Shown here: in pieces, positions 9,779 to 18,476 of the stretch
How the letters are laid out: each line of letters begins with the position of its first letter
How positions within the stretch are numbered: position 1 is the first letter of the stretch
Origin: an uncultured virus (IMG/VR IMGVR_UViG_3300028888_000091)
Taxonomy: Duplodnaviria > Heunggongvirae > Uroviricota > Caudoviricetes
Strand: one strand, 5' to 3'
IMG/VR virus record: IMGVR_UViG_3300028888_000091
DNA: 30,534 nt
Program-made: the position numbers and the translations under genes
Notes under the pieces: model-generated
The model's database searches: none
Told to the model about the DNA's origin: nothing
The model's input: only the letters and a program-made list of their open reading frames with translations

Positions 9779-9965
9779 TCAAATCATTCCTTAACTTTTT
9801 AATAAATAATACTTTCCATCTACAATCTTTGCAAATCTTAACTTCTTCAAATTCATTAATTTTTTCCAATTCCATTTCTCCACCACAATTCCTACATTTC
9901 AAATTCTCCCATTCATTTTCAATCATTAATAACTTACCAAAGTTAAATGGAAAAAATTCAGTCAT
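9771..9965 (-). CDS. Zn-ribbon small protein, array member
   Basis: MTEFF...CRNCGGEM...CKDC. Confidence 0.7.
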   Translation of the reverse strand: MTEFFPFNFGKLLMIENEWENLKCRNCGGEMELEKINEFEEVKICKDCRWKVLFIKKLRNDLND

Positions 9966-10211
9966 TCAAAACCCTTTCCTATTTGCACTCCATTTTTGAT
10001 AACCTTGAACCATTTCAATTAATACTTCATTATTTAATTCAAGTACCTTGTTTTCTTCATGTAACTCATTCAATGCTTTACAATATGAAATTAATGCCAT
10101 TTTATCTCCTTTTAAAGTAGGAAATGTGAATTGTTTAAATTTATCACTTATAACCCAACCATCTTTAATCAATTTCGATTTAACAATCTCAAATCGTTTA
10201 TTTCCTCCCAT
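9966..10211 (-). CDS. MTEKRF-family protein
   Basis: MGGNKRF...YCKALNELHEENK. Confidence 0.75.
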   Translation of the reverse strand: MGGNKRFEIVKSKLIKDGWVISDKFKQFTFPTLKGDKMALISYCKALNELHEENKVLELNNEVLIEMVQGYQKWSANRKGF

Positions 10212-10496
10212 TCAAACCACCTTTTCAACTTCCCAAAATGGTGTCCAAAAGTAATCTACCATATCTGTATCATATCGTATAGTATCATTCACCATGATAT
10301 TATTATAATCTTCATTACTAACTGTTATTTCACCATAACAAGTATGTAATGTACCCACAATTCCACCTCTATTATCGTTTACATATATTAATCCTTTATC
10401 ATCTACTTTTGCAACTACTTCTTTTGCATGAATGGGGATAATTAACAATAATCCAATTAAACAAATCAAAAATATTATTAATCGTTTTTCAGTCAT
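10212..10496 (-). CDS. Membrane-anchored or secreted small protein, array member
   Basis: MTEKRL followed by hydrophobic IIFLICLIGLLLIIPIHA. Confidence 0.7.
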   Translation of the reverse strand: MTEKRLIIFLICLIGLLLIIPIHAKEVVAKVDDKGLIYVNDNRGGIVGTLHTCYGEITVSNEDYNNIMVNDTIRYDTDMVDYFWTPFWEVEKVV

Positions 10497-10622
10497 TTAA
10501 ACCATCTGCTCCTTGCATTCTTTACTATTGCACCATTTCTGTTTTAATTGGCAATATAATCTTTGATGTTTGTAAATTTGAAAAGCACATTTCTGCCAAC
10601 TCATACCACTAATTTCAGTCAT
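10497..10622 (-). CDS. Cys-containing small protein (41 aa), array member
   Basis: MTEISGMSWQKCAFQIYKHQRLYCQLKQKWCNSKECKEQMV. Confidence 0.6.
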   Translation of the reverse strand: MTEISGMSWQKCAFQIYKHQRLYCQLKQKWCNSKECKEQMV

Positions 10623-10825
10623 TCAAAATCACCTTGCTTTGCCCTTATCATTAGTGTATCAATTTCGTGTTGAACTTCTAATAAGACTAATTTTTGATTT
10701 TCAAAAAGCAACATCTCCCAAGAACTATTGTCTGCTCTTTTCTGATAATCTTTTGTTCTCATTATTTTTCTTTGAAGAATTGTGTATACCCAACTTAATG
10801 TATTATAATCCAAATTTTCAGTCAT
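10619..10825 (-). CDS. Array protein
   Basis: MTENL...QGDFE*. Confidence 0.7.
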   Translation of the reverse strand: MTENLDYNTLSWVYTILQRKIMRTKDYQKRADNSSWEMLLFENQKLVLLEVQHEIDTLMIRAKQGDFE

Positions 10826-11046
10826 TCAATCTCCTCATATTTGTCTAATTCTTCCTTTAAATATTTTACATAATGTTCTACTCTTTTTAAACTATGATAT
10901 TTTTTAAAATATTCCTTGTATAATCTATTGAGCCGATTAATCTCTTTAACAAAATAATATCTCCCATCATCTGTTTCTAAATCCCAACTAACTCCATTAT
11001 TGTCAATTATTTTACTACCTTTCACTTCAAATCGTTTTTCAGTCAT
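10822..11046 (-). CDS. MTEKRF-family protein
   Basis: Start at MTEKRF after GGTGA RBS. Confidence 0.75.
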   Translation of the reverse strand: MTEKRFEVKGSKIIDNNGVSWDLETDDGRYYFVKEINRLNRLYKEYFKKYHSLKRVEHYVKYLKEELDKYEEIE

Positions 11047-11048
11047 AT

Positions 11049-11222
11049 TCACCACCTACACCCTTTCACTACTGCACTTCTATCTATTCTCTGTTTTGGT
11101 GTAAGCATATGAACAAGATACATACTATTCTCTTCACCCATATGATGATAGTTAATAACTATATTGTCCATATTTCTCCACCAATCTTTTTGCCGACAAT
11201 AATAATCGACATATCGACTCAT
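11049..11222 (-). CDS. Array protein (57 aa)
   Basis: MSRYVDYYCRQKDWW...GCRW*; ATGA overlap with the upstream stop. Confidence 0.6.
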   Translation of the reverse strand: MSRYVDYYCRQKDWWRNMDNIVINYHHMGEENSMYLVHMLTPKQRIDRSAVVKGCRW

Positions 11223-11578
11223 TTAATCCATTCTCCTTTGAATACTTTTCTTAACCTTATTATCTGTCCATTATCCAACCATATTTCATTATTCTTATCA
11301 CATAATAATTTAATAAATGCTTTAAGTTCCTTGTTTTCTTTGCTTAATTCTTCAACTTTATTTTTCGCCTCATCATATAATAATCCCCAGTTATGACTAC
11401 AACCCTCAAAACCTTTTATTTCTTCTTTGAGTTTCTTGTTTTCTTCTGCTAATTCATTTAATTTATTACAAATCTCTTCTGCTTGAATATAGACATCAAC
11501 AATCGCAAATGATTCATCACCATCAAATAATTTCCTATCCCTACACCATTTTCTATGAGTAAATCTTTTTTCAGTCAT
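11219..11578 (-). CDS. MTEKRF-family coiled-coil protein
   Basis: ICNKLNELAEENKKLKEE. Confidence 0.8.
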   Translation of the reverse strand: MTEKRFTHRKWCRDRKLFDGDESFAIVDVYIQAEEICNKLNELAEENKKLKEEIKGFEGCSHNWGLLYDEAKNKVEELSKENKELKAFIKLLCDKNNEIWLDNGQIIRLRKVFKGEWIK

Positions 11579-11871
11579 TCTAAATCTCCTTGCAATTTGT
11601 TGTGTTTATTTTTTAAACCATTTACATAGTTTTTAAAGGCATCAGATGGTTCTGCATCTTGCTCTCGCAATATTGAAATTTCATTCCATAAAATACTGTT
11701 CTCACTTACACTTATTAAGCAGTTATGTTTCCAGTCTTCTTTTTCTTCATGTAAATCATTTAACAAATCACATAACTTTTTAGCATCAATACTTGAATAA
11801 TAACATTTTTCTTCTGTATCATAAATATTCTGATTACTATCAGATGAAATATAATATCTTTTTTCAGTCAT
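11575..11871 (-). CDS. MTEKRF-family protein
   Basis: MTEKRY...LCDLLNDLHEE...QGDLE*. Confidence 0.8.
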   Translation of the reverse strand: MTEKRYYISSDSNQNIYDTEEKCYYSSIDAKKLCDLLNDLHEEKEDWKHNCLISVSENSILWNEISILREQDAEPSDAFKNYVNGLKNKHNKLQGDLE

Positions 11872-12165
11872 TCACTTTTCCTCCCCTAAAATATCAAGTA
11901 ATCTGTTTAATGTACTTGCTCCATCGAAATCAAGATAAGTATAACAATCATCTCTGAATGCTTTAATTTGTCCAAGAATAAATTTATTTTTTTCTTTGAG
12001 TTCCTCGTTTTCTTTTTCCAATCGTTTGGACTTATCAAACAATCCATTTATTCGACTACATAAAGCATTAACTCCTCCTTGATATTCCAATAAATATTTT
12101 CTTCCTTTTGGACTATTTTCTGTAATAGTTAATCCATCAACTGTAAATCGTTTATTTTCTGCCAT
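11872..12165 (-). CDS. MTEKRF-family coiled-coil protein
   Basis: MAENKRF...LEKENEELKEK. Confidence 0.8.
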   Translation of the reverse strand: MAENKRFTVDGLTITENSPKGRKYLLEYQGGVNALCSRINGLFDKSKRLEKENEELKEKNKFILGQIKAFRDDCYTYLDFDGASTLNRLLDILGEEK

Positions 12166-12284
12166 TCTTCTACCTCATAATGCTCACATAATTCTGTTTT
12201 TAGAGTAAATATTGTTTTCACTTCACAAAATCCAGTATCATAATTCCAGTATTTGCAATTATAACATCGTTTATTTTCTGTCAT
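12129..12284 (-). CDS. Cys-rich small protein (51 aa), array member
   Basis: MTENKRCYNCKYWNYDTGFC...LCEHY; paralog of 9647-9778. Confidence 0.65.
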   Translation of the reverse strand: MTENKRCYNCKYWNYDTGFCEVKTIFTLKTELCEHYEVEEWQKINDLQLMD

Positions 12285-12286
12285 TA

Positions 12287-12433
12287 TCAAATCACATCAT
12301 TTAATAAATCACATAATGATTGTAAATTTCTTGGTTCAATATCAACAAATTCATGCTTTTTATGAGTAACTGTATCTTTTATATTATGCACACCATGATA
12401 CCCAGTTTCAACAATAAATCGTGTTTCACTCAT
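12287..12433 (-). CDS. MTEKRF-family protein lacking the coiled coil (48 aa)
   Basis: MSETRF...IKD...LCDLLNDVI*. Confidence 0.7.
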   Translation of the reverse strand: MSETRFIVETGYHGVHNIKDTVTHKKHEFVDIEPRNLQSLCDLLNDVI

Positions 12434-12771
12434 TCTAAATCACCATATCCTTTGAAAAATTCTGAACCAAAATAAATATGATTTTCAGTTTTAAACCATT
12501 TTTCATCATTTTTTGCCATTATTGACATAATCCCAGTAACTTGTTTACCAATATCAGTTTTTGGAATTTGAACATAAGTTCCTTTTAATTCACTAAACTT
12601 TTCTAATTGTAATTGTTTTAATAATTGAGGCAATCTTAATGGATTAAAATCAACACAAACTCCACCATGAGTGGTTTTTAATGTTAATTCCAATCGGAAA
12701 TTTTGCCCACTTATTCCTTCAATATCATCAAATAATAAATCTGCATTTGTAATTAAAGCATTCTCTGTCAT
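12430..12771 (-). CDS. Array protein
   Basis: MTENA...GYGDLE*. Confidence 0.75.
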   Translation of the reverse strand: MTENALITNADLLFDDIEGISGQNFRLELTLKTTHGGVCVDFNPLRLPQLLKQLQLEKFSELKGTYVQIPKTDIGKQVTGIMSIMAKNDEKWFKTENHIYFGSEFFKGYGDLE

Positions 12772-12775
12772 TCTT

Positions 12776-13429
12776 TCACCTTGTAGTATTCCACCATTGT
12801 TTTATATCATTTACTGTAACAGTTCCTTTATCTTCAACAAAATCAAGCATTTCCATATGTTTCGATTTAAGCATTTGATTTTCCTTTTTAAGTTCTTTGT
12901 TTTCTTTTTCTAAATCTTCATTACAATCAATAATAAAACTAATGTATCCACTAAAAATATCTTGTTTATCCCCCAAAAGTAAATCTACATCTCGAATTAA
13001 ACTATGAACAGTTATATCAATCTCATCTTCTTCATAATCTTTAATAAAATATTTTAATTCACCAATAGTTCTTTTAAGCAATGATAAAACATAATCTGCA
13101 TCCACTTCTTCAAATTTAAATTTGGATTTGAGTTCCTTGTTTTCTTCTTTTAACTGCTCATTCTCTTTTTCCAATTCTTTAATTTTTTCTGTTGCTTTAT
13201 CAGACCAATATTTGCTCCCATCATATAAATCTACAATTGCTTGATTTTGGTCATTCAAGAATACTACTAATTGTGCTACGAATTGTTGAGCATTCAAATC
13301 TGAATGTTTTAAAACAAGTACATCGCCACTACGATTTTCTTTAACTCCAATTTCACCATCACAATCAGTAATAATTGTAAATCTATCTTCACAAGTTTTT
13401 CTTCCAACAAATAATCGTTTTTCAGTCAT
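12776..13429 (-). CDS. MTEKRF-family coiled-coil protein (largest member)
   Basis: MTEKRL...EKENEQLKEENKELK...EKENKELKKENQ. Confidence 0.8.
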   Translation of the reverse strand: MTEKRLFVGRKTCEDRFTIITDCDGEIGVKENRSGDVLVLKHSDLNAQQFVAQLVVFLNDQNQAIVDLYDGSKYWSDKATEKIKELEKENEQLKEENKELKSKFKFEEVDADYVLSLLKRTIGELKYFIKDYEEDEIDITVHSLIRDVDLLLGDKQDIFSGYISFIIDCNEDLEKENKELKKENQMLKSKHMEMLDFVEDKGTVTVNDIKQWWNTTR

Positions 13430-13821
13430 TTTCTTCTCCTTAACTCTTCATTAATTTCACATTGACTAACTTCTAATCCCCATTCAATGATTTCTCTCAA
13501 TTCTTTATTTTCTTCTTTGAGTTCTCTCCATTCGTTTTTAGTATTTCTTTCACGAATGAATAACACTTCTCTTTGTTGTTTAAGTTCATTGTTTTCTTTT
13601 TTTAATTCTTTATAATTTGTTGCAATTATTCTGCTAATTCGTTGATGTACCTTTCTTTGCTTTTCTAATATTTGATTTTCTTCGTGTAACTCATTTAAGA
13701 GTTTTACAACTTTTCTATAAGCATCTTCATCGCAACTTTCACATAATTCATTTTCTGCTTGATAATCGTATATTCCACTACCTAATACTGTTTGAGTTAC
13801 TGCAAATCGTTTTTCAATCAT
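13426..13821 (-). CDS. MTEKRF-family coiled-coil protein
   Basis: MIEKRF...VVKLLNELHEENQ. Confidence 0.8.
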   Translation of the reverse strand: MIEKRFAVTQTVLGSGIYDYQAENELCESCDEDAYRKVVKLLNELHEENQILEKQRKVHQRISRIIATNYKELKKENNELKQQREVLFIRERNTKNEWRELKEENKELREIIEWGLEVSQCEINEELRRRK

Positions 13822-14081
13822 TCAGATAACTCCTTTTTTGTTAATTCTAATTCTCTTCTTAATTCTCTCTGCACATCATTTAACTCATTAGCACTTTTAA
13901 TATTTTCCAATATCACTTTTTTATTCTCATTAACTATTCTACGATTCCATCGTTCCAACAATCCTATTTCTAAACTTTTTGCAATACGATATGCAAAAAC
14001 AATTAAAAAAACCAATAATGGAACTAAAATAATAATATACAATATTGTCATTAATTCAAATGAAATTAAAATTTCAGTCAT
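13818..14081 (-). CDS. Single-TM membrane protein, array member
   Basis: MTEIL plus hydrophobic helix plus coiled coil. Confidence 0.7.
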   Translation of the reverse strand: MTEILISFELMTILYIIILVPLLVFLIVFAYRIAKSLEIGLLERWNRRIVNENKKVILENIKSANELNDVQRELRRELELTKKELSE

Positions 14082-14100
14082 TCAAACTCACCATAATCCA

Positions 14101-14481
14101 TCAGTAATATTCTTCATAAGGCATTCCAAGAATATCTTCTATATCCTTTTTTAATTGTTTGTTTTCTTCTATCTGCCCCATATACATTTTATGAAGTTTA
14201 TCAAATCCTTCGTTATTTTCTTTCAAATTTAATTTTGATAAATTTAATTCATTTTTAAGTTTCCTATTTTCCTTATCCAACTCATTCAATATACTACATA
14301 CATCTTCTCTACTCATCATTGAATCTGTTTCATCAACAAGATAATTATCAAATTGCCATACAAGAATATCTCCATCTTCATCTTTGAAATCTTCAATATT
14401 TTTATCTGCTTTTGATAAATCAAATATAGCATAATCACGATATTCTAATAAATCATCACAATAATATTGTTTTTCACTCAT
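14101..14481 (-). CDS. MTEKRF-family coiled-coil protein
   Basis: Start at MSEKQY; VCSILNELDKENRKLK. Confidence 0.75.
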   Translation of the reverse strand: MSEKQYYCDDLLEYRDYAIFDLSKADKNIEDFKDEDGDILVWQFDNYLVDETDSMMSREDVCSILNELDKENRKLKNELNLSKLNLKENNEGFDKLHKMYMGQIEENKQLKKDIEDILGMPYEEYY

Positions 14482-14488
14482 AAAAAAA

Positions 14489-14635
14489 TCACCATCCACC
14501 ATTTACATATCTTTCCCATTCTCTATCCTCAAATTTATTCAACAAATCTACAATTTCATTCAAAGACAAAGTTCTTAACAATTCCCTATCATAAATTGCA
14601 CCATCATCACGAAGATAATATCTTTTTTCACTCAT
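14489..14635 (-). CDS. MTEKRF-family protein (48 aa)
   Basis: MSEKRYYLRDDGAIYD...IVDLLNKF. Confidence 0.7.
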   Translation of the reverse strand: MSEKRYYLRDDGAIYDRELLRTLSLNEIVDLLNKFEDREWERYVNGGW

Positions 14636-14930
14636 AATTATTCCAATCCTTTAAATTTTCTTTTAACCAATTAATATCAAAATTCAAATCAGAAGAATGA
14701 ATTATTGTTAATCGTAATCTATGATTTTCATCAATTAAACCATTATTAACTTTTTCTGCATAACTTAATCTTTGTTTCATTTGTTGGTTTTCTTCTTGTA
14801 ACTCATTAAGCATATTACAACAATCTTTCGCATCAAAACCATTTCCAAAATGATAACATCTTTTATTAATATTCCAGTTATCTTTCATTTCAATATCATT
14901 TTCAATTGTAAATCGTTTATTCTCTGTCAT
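14628..14930 (-). CDS. MTEKRF-family coiled-coil protein
   Basis: MTENKRF...CCNMLNELQEENQQ. Confidence 0.8.
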   Translation of the reverse strand: MTENKRFTIENDIEMKDNWNINKRCYHFGNGFDAKDCCNMLNELQEENQQMKQRLSYAEKVNNGLIDENHRLRLTIIHSSDLNFDINWLKENLKDWNNYE

Positions 14931-15103
14931 TCCAAATCACCATTAAATGTTTTCCAGTCAAATCGTATCATATCAAGTATTTCTTCAAGTTCTTCTTCAT
15001 TCATTTCTTTTAATCTACCTACATACCATTTTAAAAACCCACTAACCCAATTTGCTCTTACTGATGGTGGAGCAAGATAATCTTCAATCTCTAATCGTGT
15101 CAT
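14927..15103 (-). CDS. Array protein (58 aa)
   Basis: MTRLEIEDYLAPPS...FNGDLE*. Confidence 0.65.
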   Translation of the reverse strand: MTRLEIEDYLAPPSVRANWVSGFLKWYVGRLKEMNEEELEEILDMIRFDWKTFNGDLE

Positions 15104-15106
15104 CAC

Positions 15107-15472
15107 TTACACCTCTTCCAATCTTGCAATAGTATATATTTCATTTATACATCTTCGTAATCGCCCATTCTCTTCTTGCAGTTCTTGTATCTTTTTCTTA
15201 TAGTTAGTGTAATCTTTATCTCTCAATATATCATTGATGAGTTGCAGTCTTGCGATTGTATTTTGCAACTGTTTGTTTTCTTCTGCTAACTCATTCAATT
15301 TATCAACAAGTTGAATAATATTCTCTTCCGAAGTGGAATAGACATAAAAAAGATTAGACTCATCTAAATCATCAGAATGATTTTTATCTATCTCATACAG
15401 TTTCACTTCATCCAAAAATTTATCAGTTTTACTAATTTCAAAACTTTCAAATCCAAATCGTTTTTCAGTCAT
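15107..15472 (-). CDS. MTEKRF-family coiled-coil protein
   Basis: Start at MTEKRF; LVDKLNELAEENKQLQ. Confidence 0.8.
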   Translation of the reverse strand: MTEKRFGFESFEISKTDKFLDEVKLYEIDKNHSDDLDESNLFYVYSTSEENIIQLVDKLNELAEENKQLQNTIARLQLINDILRDKDYTNYKKKIQELQEENGRLRRCINEIYTIARLEEV

Positions 15473-15866
15473 TCCCATCACCATCATCTAATCCTTTTGT
15501 TGCTATTCCATTCCACCATTCTACAAAATCATCAATAGGCATATATTTATTCTGTTTTTGCATATAATTCGCAACATTATCTAACATTTTCAATAATCTC
15601 TCATTAGATTGTTTTAACTGCTCATTCTCTTTTAATGATTTATGATACAATTCTGCATATTTTGTTGCACCATCTTCCAATAACTTATTTTCAATTTCAA
15701 GAAATTCACATTCATCATTTAATTCATTCATCAAATCGCATAACCATTTGGTTTCAATTTCAGTACGAATGCCATTAATTACATTTATTTTATCGGGAGT
15801 ATCGTTATCAGTAATACCAAATAAATCATCTTGTGGTTTAATTGTAAATCGTTTATTTTCTGTCAT
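15465..15866 (-). CDS. MTEKRF-family coiled-coil protein
   Basis: MTENKRF...LCDLMNELNDE...KENEQLK. Confidence 0.8.
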   Translation of the reverse strand: MTENKRFTIKPQDDLFGITDNDTPDKINVINGIRTEIETKWLCDLMNELNDECEFLEIENKLLEDGATKYAELYHKSLKENEQLKQSNERLLKMLDNVANYMQKQNKYMPIDDFVEWWNGIATKGLDDGDGND

Positions 15867-15868
15867 TA

Positions 15869-16096
15869 TCAATCAATCCTTTTCCAAGCCAAATGCTCAT
15901 CTGTTTTTCCATTTTTAAGATAATACAACCCTTTTAATCTTTCACATTCTCTTTTCCACATTTCTTTTTCATCATTTAACTCATTCAATAACTCCACCAC
16001 ATCACTAATATTATACAACTTCAATCCTTTTTGAATAATAATAAGTGTACCATCTTTTGCAACATTCTGCGGGAATATTTCAAATTTTTCAGTCAT
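15869..16096 (-). CDS. MTEKRF-family protein
   Basis: Start at MTEKF; VVELLNELNDEKE. Confidence 0.75.
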   Translation of the reverse strand: MTEKFEIFPQNVAKDGTLIIIQKGLKLYNISDVVELLNELNDEKEMWKRECERLKGLYYLKNGKTDEHLAWKRID

Positions 16097-16256
16097 AAAA
16101 ATCATCTCTTCTTTGCTTAATGACAATATAATCGTGTTCTATTATTACATCACTATTCATAATATACTCATATAATTCATTAACAACTTTATTATATGCT
16201 TGTCCTATGTCATCTGCATCTACAAGTACCCTAACATCAACAAAAAATTCAGTCAT
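16089..16256 (-). CDS. Array protein (55 aa)
   Basis: MTEFFVDVRVLVDADDIGQAY... Confidence 0.65.
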   Translation of the reverse strand: MTEFFVDVRVLVDADDIGQAYNKVVNELYEYIMNSDVIIEHDYIVIKQRRDDFYD

Positions 16257-16262
16257 TCCACA

Positions 16263-16433
16263 TCACCTTTTCATATGATACCTTGCTTTACTTAATTTTA
16301 CCCATTTTCTCATTTTATACCTTGAATGCCTTTTAGGAAAATCATTATTGATACATACATTCCTTTTTAGATATTTGCTCATTGTAGGAGTATTTATTGT
16401 AACAGAGTCTGCTAAAACATAATTAAGTTTCAT
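16263..16433 (-). CDS. Basic small protein (56 aa), array member
   Basis: MKLNYVLADS...; GGTGATTTGA-ATG junction. Confidence 0.55.
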   Translation of the reverse strand: MKLNYVLADSVTINTPTMSKYLKRNVCINNDFPKRHSRYKMRKWVKLSKARYHMKR

Positions 16434-16438
16434 TCAAA

Positions 16439-16549
16439 TCACCATACATACCAATACATCCAAAACCAACAATTAGAACATTTGTAAAAATAACTGAAAG
16501 AATTAACCATCTCTGCCCCACACTTCTCACATCGTATATTCTCTGTCAT
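16439..16549 (-). CDS. Zn-ribbon mini-protein (36 aa), array member
   Basis: MTENIRCEKCGAEM...YKCSNCW. Confidence 0.6.
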   Translation of the reverse strand: MTENIRCEKCGAEMVNSFSYFYKCSNCWFWMYWYVW

Positions 16550-16555
16550 TCCCAA

Positions 16556-16732
16556 TCACTTTCCAGTTAATGTTATCCAATTTATTCCATCAAAACAATG
16601 TACATTCTGTAAATCTTGAATATGTTCACAATCATCATAAATTACACTTACACGAACCTTTTTATCCCCATTGCCAGTTTCAATAAGGTCTAATAAATGA
16701 GATGTTAAATCTCTAACACTTATTTCAGTCAT
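16556..16732 (-). CDS. Array protein (58 aa)
   Basis: MTEISVRDL...GDKKVRVSVIYD; resembles 17320-17511. Confidence 0.65.
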   Translation of the reverse strand: MTEISVRDLTSHLLDLIETGNGDKKVRVSVIYDDCEHIQDLQNVHCFDGINWITLTGK

Positions 16733-17105
16733 TCAAAATCAACTCTTTATGTCCTAATAACCATTCATTATAATCTTCAATTATTTCTTTTAGTGCTTTT
16801 TGACCCAATTCTGTTTTCTGATGTTCAATATGCTCTGTAATTAAATTTTGAATATAATTTAATTGTGTTTTTAACTGCTCATTCTCAATAGTTAAAGTAT
16901 CAATATTTCTACCGAATTTTAATGCTCTTTCTCGTTCTTCATTAAATCTTATTTTTAACTGCTCATTCTCATTCCATAATTTATTTAATTCATCTACAAG
17001 TCCTTGACAATGAAATGGTTTTCCTTTGCTAATTTTCTGAATTGGAATTGATTGATATTGAGAAATTGAAGAATTTTTAATATAAGTAAATCGTTTTTCA
17101 GTCAT
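16725..17105 (-). CDS. MTEKRF-family coiled-coil protein
   Basis: LVDELNKLWNENEQLK...IENEQLK. Confidence 0.8.
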   Translation of the reverse strand: MTEKRFTYIKNSSISQYQSIPIQKISKGKPFHCQGLVDELNKLWNENEQLKIRFNEERERALKFGRNIDTLTIENEQLKTQLNYIQNLITEHIEHQKTELGQKALKEIIEDYNEWLLGHKELILND

Positions 17106-17320
17106 TCAATCACCCATTCAAATAAATCCCTATCTACACAATTGTCCTTATCATTTAACAATAGTATATCATGTTCAATACTGGATAAATAATTTAAAAT
17201 TTCTTTTTTATGGTATTGGGGATTATTATCCAACACCATTTCTTGTGCTTTCAGTAATATAAGATACATTCTTTTTAAACTGATATTTGCACATACATCA
17301 CATACTTCTTTTTCAATCAT
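17102..17320 (-). CDS. Array protein
   Basis: MIEKEVCDVC... Confidence 0.7.
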   Translation of the reverse strand: MIEKEVCDVCANISLKRMYLILLKAQEMVLDNNPQYHKKEILNYLSSIEHDILLLNDKDNCVDRDLFEWVIE

Positions 17321-17511
17321 TAATATCCCTCAAATTTAACTTTTGAATATTTCTTCATAGGTTGTAAATCCACCATTGGAAGTTTATTTTTTATAGGAGT
17401 AACAACCAACCCACTATCATAACTTACAACCACTTCTAAATCACCATACTCATCAAGTAAAGGTTCTAATAACTCATATAATTCTCTAACAGTCACATCT
17501 TTTTCAGTCAT
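17320..17511 (-). CDS. Array protein
   Basis: MTEKDVTVRELYELL...YGDLEVVVSYD. Confidence 0.7.
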   Translation of the reverse strand: MTEKDVTVRELYELLEPLLDEYGDLEVVVSYDSGLVVTPIKNKLPMVDLQPMKKYSKVKFEGY

Positions 17512-17831
17512 TAGAAATCACCTTTCCAAATTTCTCTCATTTTTTGAAATTCTTCAAATGTAAAAATGATTCCACCCCAATATCTTACATTTTCACTACT
17601 GATGTTCTCTACTTCCATCTGAACAAGCATTGTATGAATTAATTCTTTAATTTCATTATTTTCTTTTTGTAATTTTGACAATGCTTTACTTCTTTCTCTT
17701 GCTTTTGTATCAAGATTGTTCATAACATCTACAATCTCATTTGCTTCTACTTCATTAACCAACCATTTTTCTCCATCGTAGAAATGGTCATAAATATAAT
17801 GCCCATTAGTAGAAAATCGTTCTTCAGTCAT
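17511..17831 (-). CDS. MTEKRF-family coiled-coil protein
   Basis: MTEERF...IVDVMNNL...KGDF*. Confidence 0.8.
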   Translation of the reverse strand: MTEERFSTNGHYIYDHFYDGEKWLVNEVEANEIVDVMNNLDTKARERSKALSKLQKENNEIKELIHTMLVQMEVENISSENVRYWGGIIFTFEEFQKMREIWKGDF

Positions 17832-18036
17832 TTAAATCATCTACCTCAATTTTCACATTTATTTTTTTAATGTACTTTAAAGCATATTTTAAGCCACTAT
17901 TTTCTAATTTAAGCCTCTCATTTTCATCATTTAACTCATTTATTATATCTACAAGTTCATCTTCACCTAAAACACTAAACCCATACTTCCTATCATTAAT
18001 CCCATTCTCATCAAGATAAAATCTTTTTTCACTCAT
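17824..18036 (-). CDS. MTEKRF-family coiled-coil protein
   Basis: MSEKRF...LVDIINELNDENERLK. Confidence 0.8.
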   Translation of the reverse strand: MSEKRFYLDENGINDRKYGFSVLGEDELVDIINELNDENERLKLENSGLKYALKYIKKINVKIEVDDLND

Positions 18037-18042
18037 TCAACA

Positions 18043-18190
18043 TCACCATTTTTCTTGCAACCAAGCAATAATCATTAAATTTAATGCTTCTTCTTTTGAC
18101 ATTCCATCATTCATCATTTTTTCTAACTCTTTTTTAAGAACTGGATGTTTAGGTATTCTTTTTTTTCATCTCTTCAAATATTAAAATCAT
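18043..18190 (-). pseudogene. Small gene frameshifted at an A8 tract
   Basis: MILIFEEMKK then stop; removing one A (T8 at 18159-18166 on +) restores ...RIPKHPVLKKELEKMMNDGMSKEEALNLMIIAWLQEKW*. Confidence 0.5.
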
Positions 18191-18208
18191 TCCAAATCAC
18201 TCCATATT

Positions 18209-18463
18209 TCACTCATTCCAATCCCACCATAATTCATCATTCAATTTTAATTCAAGAAATGCCATTACTCCACTTATAACTCTTTGATATTTTTCTTGTC
18301 TTTTCGAATATTTAGATATTCTTTTCCCTTTTCTAATCCTATACTCTTCAAGATTGTTGAGTTCATCAACAATTTTATCAATATCATATACTCTATTATC
18401 AGTATCTATAATACCTTTAAATTCTTTTGTATTATCATCATAATAAGCATGAAATTTTCTCAT
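18209..18463 (-). CDS. MTEKRF-related protein
   Basis: MRKF...GIID...IVDELNNLEE. Confidence 0.7.
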   Translation of the reverse strand: MRKFHAYYDDNTKEFKGIIDTDNRVYDIDKIVDELNNLEEYRIRKGKRISKYSKRQEKYQRVISGVMAFLELKLNDELWWDWNE

Positions 18464-18476
18464 ATTACACTCTTCC

